64,000 nt of DNA, from contig JAWBAK010000001.1 of NCBI GenBank assembly GCA_038997165.1, forward strand, positions 408,917 through 472,916, read 5' to 3'. Both the position numbers and the translations under genes were made by a program. The notes below the pieces were generated by a model. It did not search any database and was not told the DNA's origin. It was given only the letters and a program-made list of their open reading frames with translations. Origin of the DNA: Candidatus Aenigmatarchaeota archaeon (GTDB taxonomy: Archaea; Aenigmatarchaeota; Aenigmatarchaeia; CG10238-14; SpSt-28). Shown piece by piece: positions 50,101-59,820 of this stretch (its first letter is position 1; each line of letters begins with the position of its first letter).

Positions 50101-50313
50101 AATGAAGCTGTTTTAAGAGCTATTGAATATTTAATAAAAGAAGCACATAAAAATAAAGTAACTGTAAGTATTTGTGGACAAGCTCCAAGTGTATATCCGG
50201 AATTTACTGAATTTCTAGTTAAAGCTGGAATTGACTCAATTAGTGTAAACCCAGATGTAGTAATAAAAACTAAAAAATTAGTTTATGAAGTTGAGAAAAA
50301 ATTAAAAAGATAA
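47170..50313 (+). CDS. ppsA: Phosphoenolpyruvate synthase, intein-containing
   Basis: GGKGANLGE, RSSATAED..SFAGQ, QSRPVT, DEGGMT/SHAAIVSRE, NPMLGWRG, FSIGSNDLTQ, SICGQAPS. Confidence 0.97.
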   Translation: MKYIKFLKELSKNDVNIAGGKGANLGELINSGIPVPNGFVVLGNAYREHIVRNRIDKKIKEILDQTDVDNTEQLEKNTEKIRELIKSAPMPKDVEKEIIEAYKKLSEIEGGKEIYVVARSSATAEDIKEASFAGQQETILNVKGVENVLNAVKKCWASLFTARATFYRTKKGFDHLKVDIAVVIQKQLGKISKEEYLKGKYVAGVAFTIHPASGDKNKIVIEAHYGQGEAVVSGYVTPDTFVIDKRTGKILEKHISKKTKMKIASGDFGLEEVEVPKELSEIPCLNDKILRELWKILLKIEKHYNFPQDVEYVVENEKIYIVQSRPVTAFFEKKLDEINIKIKPILKGLAASGGIAIGRVKILKDASEINKIEEGDILVTTMTEPDMVPAMKKAAAIITDEGGMTCLAPNTKLITNYGILEAEKVYKLVAEDKVVYLLSMNLEKKLVWKRIIAAGRRKDYIYKIFIRDFFDAIYLTKDHKAIIFEDSQIKKVPIEILYKRNIPLISIVDIPEKLISINSKKLAYLIGSLIATKKLSEIIENINRDNSYQIQILKSELLEFENTFLIKILNNLEIFVLNLDKESTKYFLKGLLSVNNSIEIWEENLIKAISLALIKIGVLPDMINGKLILKKDKLKRRKILRFPINFISKEKYDYVYNFEVYGSNELEKNYIILSENFVPILVSNSHAAIVSREMGIPCIVGTKEATKVLVENQIVTVDAYRGYVYDGKVEELLKYIKSEEVEVEEVKKLKTKAKILMNLGVPEAIKKYRNLPFEGIGLMRIEFIIGSYIKYHPNYLIEQRKEDEYINKLAEGIALVAKEIYPRFVVVRFSDFKTNEYAALIGGEKYEPKENNPMLGWRGASRYISKEFENAFRLECRAIKKVRDEYKLKNVWVMIPFVRTVEELEKVLKIMEEEGLKRSEDFKVWMMAEVPSNVFLVDKFSKYVDGFSIGSNDLTQLILGVDRDSALLARLGYFDERNEAVLRAIEYLIKEAHKNKVTVSICGQAPSVYPEFTEFLVKAGIDSISVNPDVVIKTKKLVYEVEKKLKR
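48385..49221 (+). mobile_element. Intein (279 aa) in ppsA with a degenerate LAGLIDADG endonuclease
   Basis: Splits GGMT|SHAA; begins CLAPNT, block B LTKDH, block F YVYNFEV, ends LVSN before Ser+1; remnants LAYLIGSLIAT and FLKGLLSVNN. Confidence 0.93.
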
Positions 50314-50319
50314 AGTTAA

Positions 50320-53300
50320 TTAAAAAATATTCTTAATTTCCATACTTTCTCTGTAAATTTCTTTTAAAATTTCTAGATAATCAATTTTATTTTCTTCAAT
50401 TAAATCCATTTTTCTTTCTAAATCTCTAGTTAATTCTTCGCTAATGTATTTTTCAAACTTAGCTTTTAAATATTGATAAACTTCTTTTCCTCTTTTTGTA
50501 GCAATAAGTTTATTTTTTCTAGAAATAGCATACTTTCTTTCTAAAATTTTTGAAATAATTGTTGCATAAGTTGAAGGCCTTCCTATTCCTCTTTCTTTCA
50601 TCAAAGAAATTATATCTCCTTGAGAAAAAAGAGAAATAGAAGGTTTTCTGAAATAATCTTTTTCAGGATCAAAAGATTTTATTTCATATTTTCCTTCTTT
50701 TAATTCAATTTTTTTTATCTTTATTATTTTTGTAAATCCTTCTTCAATAATTTTTGTAATAAATTCTTCTTCTTTTTCTAAATCTAATAATTTAAATTTA
50801 AATTTTGTTTTTTCAACTTTTGCAGGTTTCATTTGGCTAGCAATAAATCTTTTAAAAATTAAGTCATAGAGTAATAAATGATCTTTAGTAATTTTAACTG
50901 GTAATTGTAATAGTTTTAATCTAAGCAATTCAATTAATCTCTCAGAATCTATAGGTTTTGTAGGTCTTATACATTCATGAGCACCTTCTTTCTCCCAACT
51001 TCTCGGATAAAAAATTTTTTCTTCAAAGTTTTGAATAATATATTCTTTGGCTATATTTATTCCAAATGAAGAAACTGTAGTAGAATCTGTTCTATGATAA
51101 GTTATTAAACCACTTTCAAACAATTCTTGAGCAATTTTCATTGTTTTATTTGAATCAAATTTTAAAATATTTGAAGCGTCTTTTAATAAAGTATCGGTAG
51201 TGTATGGTGGCAATGGATTTAAAATTTCTTCTCTAACTTCAACAACTTTAACTTCAACATATGGATAATTTACAATTTTTTCAAAAAATTTCTCTTTCTC
51301 TTCTTTCTTTAATTTTTCAAATTCAAAAATAATTTTAATATTATCGAATTTTATTCTTAAATAGTCTTTTATACTATTTTTACTTTCTTCTGTTCTTTGA
51401 ATTATCCAACCTAGTACTGGGGTTTGAACCCTACCTGCAGATAATGTTTTTCTATTAAACTTTTCTTGAACTTTTTGGCTTAATTCAAAACCAAACCATC
51501 TGTCTTCAATTCTTCTAACAATTTGAGATTTAACTAAGTTTAAATTTATTTCTCTAGGATTATTTATTGCATTTCTAATAGCTCTATATGTTATTTCATG
51601 AAATTCTAATCTTTTAATTTTTTTATTAAAAAATCTTAAGAAATTTGCTATATCAAATCCTATTTTTTCTCCTTCTGCATCTGGATCAGTTGCTATTAGT
51701 ATTTCATCTACTTCTAAACTTAAATCTCTTAGAACATTTAAAATATTAATCTTATCTAATAGCTTTTCATTATCTTTTGGACAAAAAGAAATATTATCTG
51801 TATATTGAGAATTACATTTTGGACAAATCTTTATAGTTCCGTATATTGGAATAAAGTTATTATCTTTGACTAAAACTCCGTGAAATCCCTCTTTTGTTAC
51901 TAAATCGAAAACATGTCCTATACTAGCTGTTATTAGCAATATATAATCGCCAGTTGAAACTTCATAAATTCTTATACCATCTATATCTCTAATTGCTGGC
52001 GTTCCAAAGAACTTTGCAATTGTTTTTGCTTTTGTAGGACTTTCAACAATTAATAAACCTATTTTTAATAATTCTTTTAGCTTTTTTATTTCTAATTTCC
52101 CTTCTTTTATTTTTCTTATTAATTCTCTATCTTTATTAATTTCATTTAAAATTTTTTCTAAATTAACATCCTTTATATTTTTAAATTCTGCTTTTTCGTC
52201 AAACCATTTAATTTTCTCTTTTAAACTATTGAATGCTTTTTCTTCATCGATTAAAACTAAGCTTAAACCTTTTGAAATTCCTCCCGCATATAATCTGCTT
52301 GTTCTTCCACTTGCTTGAATATATGCTTGAACATCAGCAATTACAAAATAAAACTCTTCTTTATTTTCTTCAAAAACAAGCTTCTTACTATTTTTTAATT
52401 TTTCTATAAAATTCTTATTTTTTAATAAATCTTTTATAAACTCATAACTTTCTTTTAAAACTTGTCTACAATATTCTAAAAATCCTTCTAATTTTTTGTT
52501 TTGATTAATAGCTTCTATTACAATTTTTGCATTCTCTTCACTTAAACTTCCTATCTTTCTTAATTTGTTTATAATTAAATCTAGCTTATCTTTTTCCTCT
52601 TCTTTTTCTAAATATTCCCTTAAGTGTAATAGTAGCATTATTATTTTTCCAGGTCTAAATTCAGAGAGATCAATTCTAATTTTAAATTTTGGTACTCCAG
52701 CAAAAATTGCATATCTTATCACTTCTGGCAAATCTATTCCTCTAGCTAAGGGACTTCTATAAGAAGCAATTCCAATCAATACTTGTATATTTCCAGAAAT
52801 AAAATCATTAATTATTGATAATTTTGTTTTTTCTAGAGTTTTTGCGTTTATTCCTTTCGAATTTAAAAACTCTTCTAATTTTTTTGCATATTCAATTCCT
52901 TTATCCATAGGAACAAAAATTAAGCCTCCATTACCGAATTTTTTAACATATTCATAAACTTTTTCTTCAATGTTTTTTTCGAATTCATAAACATCTTCTA
53001 CATTCCTTATTCCTTCTATTCTTGTTCCAATTTGAAAGTTTAATAATTCGTTAAATAACATTACTCTTTTTGTTTTTGCTCTTACAGAAGCTCCACTTAC
53101 AATTAAAATTTTATTTATTGGTAAGGAATTTTTGATAATTTTTTTATTTTCTTCTATCTTTTCTTCTATATTTTTTCTTTCTTCTTCAGATGCAAAAATT
53201 AAACTTCTTCTCAATTCTACATTTTCCATTGCTTTTTCTATTATTTCATCACTAAATCCTAAAAGATTTAAAACCTTATTTATATTTTTAGAAGCTTTTA

Positions 53301-53967
53301 AAAATGAATCAACATCATCAACAAGAATTACATCAAAAGAAATATCTTTTATTAATTCAAATTTTTTAGCTAAAAACATATTAGTAGTTATAAGAATTTG
53401 AAAATCTCTATTTTTTAGCTTTTCTAAATTTTCTTCTTTTTCTTTTTTCTTTAGGAGCGAATGAAGAGCTATAATATTTGTTTGAAGATTTAAAGTATCT
53501 TTAAATTTTTTGAATTTTTCAAAAACTTGAGAGACTAATAAACTAGTTGGAAGTAAGAAATAAATTCTTTTCTTAAATTTTGTAGCTAAATATAAAGATA
53601 AAATTATTAAAAATGTTGTTTTTCCTGTTCCTGTAGGAGCCATTATTGCAAAAGATTGATTTTTAAAAACTCTTATTGCCCACATTTTTTGAGCACTCCA
53701 AGCAGAAGAATTTATAGCTTTTTTAAAAAATTTTAAAAAATCATTTACTTTTTTAATAAGTTTATAATATTTATTATAATTTTTTAATGTGTAATTTTTT
53801 CTAAGTAGTTTAATTATTTCTTTATAAAATTTAATACTTCCTGGCTTCAATTTTTTAATTTCTTCTGGAATAATTGGTAAGCATTTTTCACAGGGTAAAC
53901 TATATACTATTCTTTCATATGAAATTTTTCCGCTACAATTTGGGCATGTATTTTCATATATTAACAT
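50320..53967 (-). CDS. rgy: Reverse gyrase (intact, single polypeptide)
   Basis: N-terminal CPNC..C..C, APTGTGKT, DDVD, RGIDLP, YIQASGRTSR, VESPTKAKTI, ATDPDAEGEKI, SAGRVQTP, ITYHRTD, GIGRPSTY. Confidence 0.98.
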   Translation of the reverse strand: MLIYENTCPNCSGKISYERIVYSLPCEKCLPIIPEEIKKLKPGSIKFYKEIIKLLRKNYTLKNYNKYYKLIKKVNDFLKFFKKAINSSAWSAQKMWAIRVFKNQSFAIMAPTGTGKTTFLIILSLYLATKFKKRIYFLLPTSLLVSQVFEKFKKFKDTLNLQTNIIALHSLLKKKEKEENLEKLKNRDFQILITTNMFLAKKFELIKDISFDVILVDDVDSFLKASKNINKVLNLLGFSDEIIEKAMENVELRRSLIFASEEERKNIEEKIEENKKIIKNSLPINKILIVSGASVRAKTKRVMLFNELLNFQIGTRIEGIRNVEDVYEFEKNIEEKVYEYVKKFGNGGLIFVPMDKGIEYAKKLEEFLNSKGINAKTLEKTKLSIINDFISGNIQVLIGIASYRSPLARGIDLPEVIRYAIFAGVPKFKIRIDLSEFRPGKIIMLLLHLREYLEKEEEKDKLDLIINKLRKIGSLSEENAKIVIEAINQNKKLEGFLEYCRQVLKESYEFIKDLLKNKNFIEKLKNSKKLVFEENKEEFYFVIADVQAYIQASGRTSRLYAGGISKGLSLVLIDEEKAFNSLKEKIKWFDEKAEFKNIKDVNLEKILNEINKDRELIRKIKEGKLEIKKLKELLKIGLLIVESPTKAKTIAKFFGTPAIRDIDGIRIYEVSTGDYILLITASIGHVFDLVTKEGFHGVLVKDNNFIPIYGTIKICPKCNSQYTDNISFCPKDNEKLLDKINILNVLRDLSLEVDEILIATDPDAEGEKIGFDIANFLRFFNKKIKRLEFHEITYRAIRNAINNPREINLNLVKSQIVRRIEDRWFGFELSQKVQEKFNRKTLSAGRVQTPVLGWIIQRTEESKNSIKDYLRIKFDNIKIIFEFEKLKKEEKEKFFEKIVNYPYVEVKVVEVREEILNPLPPYTTDTLLKDASNILKFDSNKTMKIAQELFESGLITYHRTDSTTVSSFGINIAKEYIIQNFEEKIFYPRSWEKEGAHECIRPTKPIDSERLIELLRLKLLQLPVKITKDHLLLYDLIFKRFIASQMKPAKVEKTKFKFKLLDLEKEEEFITKIIEEGFTKIIKIKKIELKEGKYEIKSFDPEKDYFRKPSISLFSQGDIISLMKERGIGRPSTYATIISKILERKYAISRKNKLIATKRGKEVYQYLKAKFEKYISEELTRDLERKMDLIEENKIDYLEILKEIYRESMEIKNIF

Positions 53968-53995
53968 AAAAATATCTATTTTTTATTATCAATTT

Positions 53996-54301
53996 TTAAC
54001 TTTTTAATTCTGATAGTTTCCATTTGGGAAATTTCTTTTTTATTCTATCTTCTGGTCTACCAATTAATATATCTCCCAAAACTTTCACTTTTTTATTATT
54101 ATCTAATTCAAAAAGAAAAATTGTTGATTTCTTTGGAACAACTTTTCTTTTTTTATTTTTCTTTTCAATTATAATTGTATTGTATGTCTCATCTACAACA
54201 ATTCCTTTTATTTTTTTTAAACTTTTATTTTTAGAATCTAAAATTTTTACTTTTAAACCAATTAATTCATGCCTTACTAAGTTATATTCATTTCTAACCA
54301 T
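53996..54301 (-). CDS. rnp1: RNase P protein subunit Rpp29
   Basis: [36 protein letters not shown]. Confidence 0.95.
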   Translation of the reverse strand: MVRNEYNLVRHELIGLKVKILDSKNKSLKKIKGIVVDETYNTIIIEKKNKKRKVVPKKSTIFLFELDNNKKVKVLGDILIGRPEDRIKKKFPKWKLSELKS

Positions 54302-54337
54302 TATAAATTTAAATTTTTATCCTATAAACATTATTTA

Positions 54338-54619
54338 ATGAAGTTTCCAAAAGAAGTTAGAATATATTGTAAGTATTGTAAAAAACATACTTTACATACT
54401 GTTGAAATTTCGAAAAAAAGGCCGAGAAGAACTTTATCACACGGACAACGAAGATTTTTAAGAAAAATGAAAGGATATGGAAGTTTTCCTAAAGAAAATC
54501 CAAAGGGAAGAGAAAAGAGCGTTAAAAAAGTTGATTTAAAATTTAAATGTAAAGAGTGTGGAAAGAAACATTCCCATGGAAAAGGTTTTAGAATTAAAAA
54601 AATAGAATTTAAAAGTTAA
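54338..54619 (+). CDS. rpl44e: 50S ribosomal protein L44e
   Basis: [36 protein letters not shown]. Confidence 0.96.
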   Translation: MKFPKEVRIYCKYCKKHTLHTVEISKKRPRRTLSHGQRRFLRKMKGYGSFPKENPKGREKSVKKVDLKFKCKECGKKHSHGKGFRIKKIEFKS

Positions 54620-54790
54620 ATGGCTAGTAAATTTTTAAGAGTAATTTGTTTAAAATGTAGAAACGAGCAAATTATATTCGAAAAAGCTAGTACAATTGTT
54701 AAATGTTTAAATTGTGGTCAAATTATTGCGAAACCAACTGGTGGAAAAGCTAAGTTAGAAAAAGTAGAAGTTATTGAAGAAATAGAATAG
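54620..54790 (+). CDS. rps27e: 30S ribosomal protein S27e (56 aa), absent from the ORF track
   Basis: MASKFLRVICLKCRNEQIIFEKASTIVKCLNCGQIIAKPTGGKA; usual synteny with L44e. Confidence 0.96.
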   Translation: MASKFLRVICLKCRNEQIIFEKASTIVKCLNCGQIIAKPTGGKAKLEKVEVIEEIE

Positions 54791-54807
54791 ATAAAATTAA
54801 CTTATTT

Positions 54808-55446
54808 ATGCATTATTTTATGGAAGAAATAGAAGAAGTAATAACTTTTGAATATATTAGAGAAGCTTACACTGCTGAAAAAAGTGAAAATAAATTATCG
54901 AAATTACCAAACGATTTTTTCAAAAAAGTAGACAGCTATTTAAAAACAAAAGAAGAAATATTTAAAAATACTCAAGATGAAAAAGTTAAATACGAATTAA
55001 AAAATGCTAAAAGAATGGTAGATGAAATAATTTTATTAAGATTGAAAAAAATAATTGATGCAGTTTTTATATTTTTAAAAAGCGGAAGTTTACCTTCTAA
55101 TATGTTACCAAAAGAAGAAGAGCTTTTTTTCAAAATTATAGATTTAGTAAAAGATTTAAAGAAAAATTTGTTTGAGTCAAAAGAAATAACAAAAACAAAT
55201 GAATCAAATAAAAATTTGAATTTAATAGAAAATAAAAATGAAAAGAAAATAGAAGATGATGAGCAGAAAATTGAAAGAAAAGAAAAAGATAGGATAAAAG
55301 TTAAAGTTCTCATTGAAATACCAAAGTTTATTGGACCTGATGGAAATTGGTATGGGCCTTACGAGAAGGGAAGTATTGTTGAGTTGGAAAAAGAAATTGC
55401 AAATTTTTTAATTGATGCAGGGTTTGTATCTGTAAGTTATACTTAG
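54808..55446 (+). CDS. DNA replication GINS subunit (Gins51/Gins15-like)
   Basis: EK..NKLSKLP.DFF, R.KKI, NMLPKEEELF, C-terminal IPKFIGPDG..YGP..G domain. Confidence 0.88.
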   Translation: MHYFMEEIEEVITFEYIREAYTAEKSENKLSKLPNDFFKKVDSYLKTKEEIFKNTQDEKVKYELKNAKRMVDEIILLRLKKIIDAVFIFLKSGSLPSNMLPKEEELFFKIIDLVKDLKKNLFESKEITKTNESNKNLNLIENKNEKKIEDDEQKIERKEKDRIKVKVLIEIPKFIGPDGNWYGPYEKGSIVELEKEIANFLIDAGFVSVSYT

Positions 55447-55491
55447 CTCTAAAAAAGATATATATTTTTTTTAATAAATAATTATTAGTTT

Positions 55492-56463
55492 ATGGATGTC
55501 AATAGAACTGCAAAAATTAAATTAATAGGTTTAATGTTATTTTTAATTTTTTCTTTGTCGTTAATTTTTGCAGAGGAAAAAAAAGAAGGTATAAACATTA
55601 CAGAAATTACAGAAATTATAATTGCTATATTACCAATTATATTTGTTATTTTAATTTTACTTTATTTGGGTGGTTTTTTAAAATTTGGAAAAGTAGGAAT
55701 ACCTTGGCCTATTATTATTTATTCAGCAATTATAATTATAATTTTTGTATTACCTATATTACAAAAGTTTGGAATTATACACATATTTCCAGATAATCCA
55801 GACGAAATATTTAGCAGAGAAGAGTTTAAAGGATTTAAACAATATAAATTACCAGAAGGAGTATGTAAAGCATTTCTTTCTTTAAATATTAGTGAAAGTG
55901 TTTCTTGTTATATGCCTGCGTTCATATATTTCTTTTTATTACCTTTTGTTTCAATATATGCAATTACATGGGCATTTTTAAAACAGATTAAAATTTTTGA
56001 AGGTTTAGGTAGAAACCTAGAAGGATTGATTGCGTTTATTATAGCTTTTATGACACTTCCAATGGGTACTTTTATTTTATTAGTAGCACTTTGGTTTAGT
56101 GTAATGGGTGCATTTTCAATAGCAATTTTTGTAGCTATGTTTTTGGCTGGTGTGTTTTTCAGGGGTTTAGGATTCGTAGAGGAAAAGCGCTTTGAATATA
56201 TTGGAAAAAGAGCTAGGGATGAATACTTAAGAAAAGTACATAATGCAGCAAGATTAGCAATAGACAGAATTAATAGAGCTAGTGACGTAGATGAAATAAT
56301 AAGAGCTGTATATCAATTTATTGAAAAGACTGGACATGATGTAGATTTTAGTAAAATCGATGAAATTAGAAAGAAATCTAATTTAGAAGATGCTAAGAAG
56401 GCAGCAACAAGTCTGATAGAGGAATTAACTTCTAAAACAGGTTCAGCTTCTAAAACAGGTTAA
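55492..56463 (+). CDS. Multi-pass membrane protein, function unknown
   Basis: Several TM helices; FLLPFVSIYAITWAFLKQIKIF..LIAFIIA motif shared with the genes at 59820 and 60374. Confidence 0.75.
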   Translation: MDVNRTAKIKLIGLMLFLIFSLSLIFAEEKKEGINITEITEIIIAILPIIFVILILLYLGGFLKFGKVGIPWPIIIYSAIIIIIFVLPILQKFGIIHIFPDNPDEIFSREEFKGFKQYKLPEGVCKAFLSLNISESVSCYMPAFIYFFLLPFVSIYAITWAFLKQIKIFEGLGRNLEGLIAFIIAFMTLPMGTFILLVALWFSVMGAFSIAIFVAMFLAGVFFRGLGFVEEKRFEYIGKRARDEYLRKVHNAARLAIDRINRASDVDEIIRAVYQFIEKTGHDVDFSKIDEIRKKSNLEDAKKAATSLIEELTSKTGSASKTG

Positions 56464-58688
56464 TAAATTCTTTCCATAATTCTTTCTTCCCATCTTTTAT
56501 AAATTTCATTAGAATCTAATTTTCCAATCTCGTTTTTTACTTCTTCAGAGATTAGATTAAACAATTCATTACTCCATACAACAAACTCAGCCTCTAAAAG
56601 TTCTGGTCTTTTAAGTTCTTCGCTTAGTTCAACTAATCTTTGTTTTATTTTTGCTCTAAGTAAAATATTATTCCATACTAAATCCCAATTTCCATAAAAT
56701 TCTGGAATTCTTTTTGAAATTTCTCTTATAACAAAACTTTCTCCATTAATTAGTGTTTGAGTTGGTAATAAGGTATCTTCTTTTGCATTATAAATCATTA
56801 ATGGAGCAAATGCATTTTCAGCTAATGGATCTTCTTCCCAATGTTTTTTAACTTCGACAACTTCAACAACTCTTTTATATCTTCTTAATCCATCTGCAGA
56901 TTTTAAATTTGCAGAAATTATTATTAAATCTACCGCTTTAAAACTTGTTTTAGGAACTTTAAGATCATTAACAACTCTATCGAAAACTCCATATGCAGAT
57001 TCTCCATGAATTGTTCCAGCAACACTATGTGCCAATGCACCAACTCTCATTGCTTCAAAAAGCGTTAATGCTTCTGTAGATCTAATTTCTCCAATTATTA
57101 ATGCACTATCTCCCAATCTTAATGCAGTTCTTAAAGCTTCTTCAGCAGGTAATTCGCTTTCTACTTTTGTTATTACACTTCTAGATTTTAATCTTTCGAT
57201 ATTAAATCCTAATTCTCTCATTTGTGGTACAGGCAATTCTAAAGTATCTTCGATAACAATTATTCTATATTTTCTGGGAATTTCTAACATTATTGCTCCT
57301 AATAAACTAGTTTTTCCTGAACCTCTTCCACCAGCAACTAAAAAACTTCTTCCACCAGCAACTATAAAATTCATTAATCCAGCAAACAAAGGATTAATTG
57401 CTTTCTTTTTTATTAATAATGGTAAAGTCCATGGTTTATCTCTATGTCTTCTAAAGGCAAATGATAAACCTTCTGGATTTAAACTTCTTGTAGTAATTGC
57501 TACTCTAGCTTTTCCCTCTGGTATTGATAATTCAGTATCTAAAACTGGATTTGCTTCATCTAATGGTCTTCCAGAATATAATCTAAACTTAGTTGCCCAA
57601 TTTTCAGCTTCTATAGGAGAAATTACTATATTTGTTTCACATTCCTCGTAATTTGCGTGTTGAACAAAAATTGGAAGCATTCCTATTGGTGCATTAACAT
57701 AAATATCTGTAACATTTTCATCTGCAAGAATTCTTTCTAAAATTCCAAAGCCTACAGTATATCTAACTAGAATATCTGCCAATTCTTTCATTCTTTTTTC
57801 TGGAATCGGTATGTTTAATTCTTGTGAAACTCTTTTAATTAAGTCTAATTCTAAATTATAAAATGCTTCTCTTGTCTTTTGAAAATCTTTTAGTTCAGTT
57901 TCACTTGGTCTATGTTCTGCTAAATATTCTCTAACTTTTTCTAAAACCTTTATTTCATCGCTTGTTAATAAAAATTCTGGTGCATATAAAACATATACAT
58001 ATCTAACTTTGTTCGGAACTTTATAAATTTCAACTTTTATATTTTTAAATTCATATTCTTCAACTTTTATTGAATTTTTTGGTAATGTTAAATAAAATTT
58101 TGTTTCCATGAAGATTGGTCTTATTATTGGGGAAAAAATCTCTCTATAAATTCTTCTATCTCCAGGTCTATATAAATAATTTTCTTCTATTTCTTTTTCT
58201 CTCAATTTTTTTATTATATAAAGCTTTTCTAATTCTTCTAATATAGGATTTATATGATTTTCAACAAAACTCTTCAAAATATAATCTTTATTTTTTATTG
58301 AAATAAACTCCAATCTATTTTTTAATGAAATAAGTTTTTTATAACTTTCAATACAATCTGATTTTATGTTTTCTACTATTTCATTAAGAAGATTAAAATA
58401 ATTCGAAAGTTTTTCGAAAAATTTAATTTCTTCTGGAAATGCTGTTAATAATTTTTTTGAATGTATATTTTCGTAACAATTGGCAATTTCTTTCAATATC
58501 TTTGTTTGTTCATAATCATATTCTAATTCTCTTTCTCCAACGATTAAAATTTCTATAATATTTTTGTTTGCAATTAGATTTTCTATAACTAATTTCATTG
58601 TTTCTTTTCCATCTTCAATTGTTATTAAATCATTCCAACCAGCTCTTAAGTCTATATATAGTTTGTTTTCTCTTATGTTAATTTCCAT
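56460..58688 (-). CDS. Second type II/IV secretion ATPase with a long N-terminal extension
   Basis: SGRPLDEANPVLD, FAFRRH, AGGRGSGKTS, IEDTLEL, ALRLGDSALIIGEIRS, GTIHG. Confidence 0.92.
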   Translation of the reverse strand: MEINIRENKLYIDLRAGWNDLITIEDGKETMKLVIENLIANKNIIEILIVGERELEYDYEQTKILKEIANCYENIHSKKLLTAFPEEIKFFEKLSNYFNLLNEIVENIKSDCIESYKKLISLKNRLEFISIKNKDYILKSFVENHINPILEELEKLYIIKKLREKEIEENYLYRPGDRRIYREIFSPIIRPIFMETKFYLTLPKNSIKVEEYEFKNIKVEIYKVPNKVRYVYVLYAPEFLLTSDEIKVLEKVREYLAEHRPSETELKDFQKTREAFYNLELDLIKRVSQELNIPIPEKRMKELADILVRYTVGFGILERILADENVTDIYVNAPIGMLPIFVQHANYEECETNIVISPIEAENWATKFRLYSGRPLDEANPVLDTELSIPEGKARVAITTRSLNPEGLSFAFRRHRDKPWTLPLLIKKKAINPLFAGLMNFIVAGGRSFLVAGGRGSGKTSLLGAIMLEIPRKYRIIVIEDTLELPVPQMRELGFNIERLKSRSVITKVESELPAEEALRTALRLGDSALIIGEIRSTEALTLFEAMRVGALAHSVAGTIHGESAYGVFDRVVNDLKVPKTSFKAVDLIIISANLKSADGLRRYKRVVEVVEVKKHWEEDPLAENAFAPLMIYNAKEDTLLPTQTLINGESFVIREISKRIPEFYGNWDLVWNNILLRAKIKQRLVELSEELKRPELLEAEFVVWSNELFNLISEEVKNEIGKLDSNEIYKRWEERIMERIY

Positions 58689-58716
58689 AAATATATATTT
58701 TTAATGATAAACAATT

Positions 58717-59103
58717 ATGGTAGAAAAAATAAGTTCTCAGGATCAAAAAATTATAAATATTCTTAACGACATGAATTTATATTTAAAATTTTTAGAACAA
58801 AGAATTATTAAATTAGAATTGGAGTTAAAAACTTTGAATGAAAATTTTGAAAAATATAGAAAAACGGTTATAGAAGAAATAGATAAACTAAAAAAAGAGA
58901 GTTTATCTCTTAAAAATTTGATAGATTCTTTAAATTTAGAAATAGAAAAAATAAAATTAGAATTGAAGAAAAAAGCAGATTTAGTTGAAGTTAAAGAAAT
59001 AAAAGAATTATTTAATCTTTTTAATCCGCTTAAATCAACTTTTGTAACGAAAGAAGAAGTTAAGAGAATTATAAACGAATTAATAAATATTAAAAAAGAA
59101 TAA
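58717..59103 (+). CDS. Small coiled-coil protein
   Basis: Heptad pattern; C-terminal LFNPLKSTFVTKEEV. Confidence 0.7.
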   Translation: MVEKISSQDQKIINILNDMNLYLKFLEQRIIKLELELKTLNENFEKYRKTVIEEIDKLKKESLSLKNLIDSLNLEIEKIKLELKKKADLVEVKEIKELFNLFNPLKSTFVTKEEVKRIINELINIKKE

Positions 59104-59109
59104 TTTATT

Positions 59110-59820
59110 ATGATTTTATTTGGTAGTAAAAAAGAAAAAAAAGAAGGTAAGGGAGAAATTCCAACAGAAAAAGTCAAAAATTTTTTAAATAAAGGGTTTA
59201 GCGAAATAGAAATTATTGATATTTTAAGAAAGGAGGGATATTCGCCAGAAGAAATTGATAAAGCACTTATGCAAGCTTCTATCGAAATAAAATCTTCTCA
59301 ATTATTTCAATCTCCTCAAACTTCATCGCAACAAAATTTAATTTCTCAAAATTTATCTTCTCAATCTCAAATTCTTCAACCTCAACTTCAAACTTCTCAA
59401 TCAACTTCTTTACAAACTCAAATAGTTGAAGTTAAGCCAGCTCAACCTACAAGTATACAAAAAGAAGTTAAAGAAAGTTTTGAAGAATCTCAGATAGATT
59501 ATATAAGTTTACAAGAATATATAGATTACTTATTGAGATCAAAAACTCAAGAAATAAATAAAAGATTGATGGAAATAAATTTAAAGTTTAAAGAGTTCGA
59601 AGAAAGGGTTTTAAGTTTAAAAGATGAAATCGAATCTGTATCAAAAGGTACGAAAGAAGATTTAAATAAGATTTTAAATGAAATAAGATTAAATAGAGAT
59701 AATATAAATGATTTATCAATAAAGGTTGAAACTTTAAATAAAACTTTAAAAGAACTTTTACCATCTTTAATAGAAAGCGTAAGATTATTAAGTGAAATAA
59801 TTCAAAAACTTAAATCATAA
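59110..59820 (+). CDS. Hypothetical protein: N-terminal helical bundle, Q/S-rich linker, coiled coil
   Basis: IPTEKV..GFSE.EII..LRKEGYS.EEID.A, low-complexity QS tract, heptads. Confidence 0.75.
   Translation: MILFGSKKEKKEGKGEIPTEKVKNFLNKGFSEIEIIDILRKEGYSPEEIDKALMQASIEIKSSQLFQSPQTSSQQNLISQNLSSQSQILQPQLQTSQSTSLQTQIVEVKPAQPTSIQKEVKESFEESQIDYISLQEYIDYLLRSKTQEINKRLMEINLKFKEFEERVLSLKDEIESVSKGTKEDLNKILNEIRLNRDNINDLSIKVETLNKTLKELLPSLIESVRLLSEIIQKLKS

Noticed and set aside
59290..59460. TCTCAA-like short repeats
   Set aside because: They reflect a Gln/Ser low-complexity protein linker, not a DNA-level element
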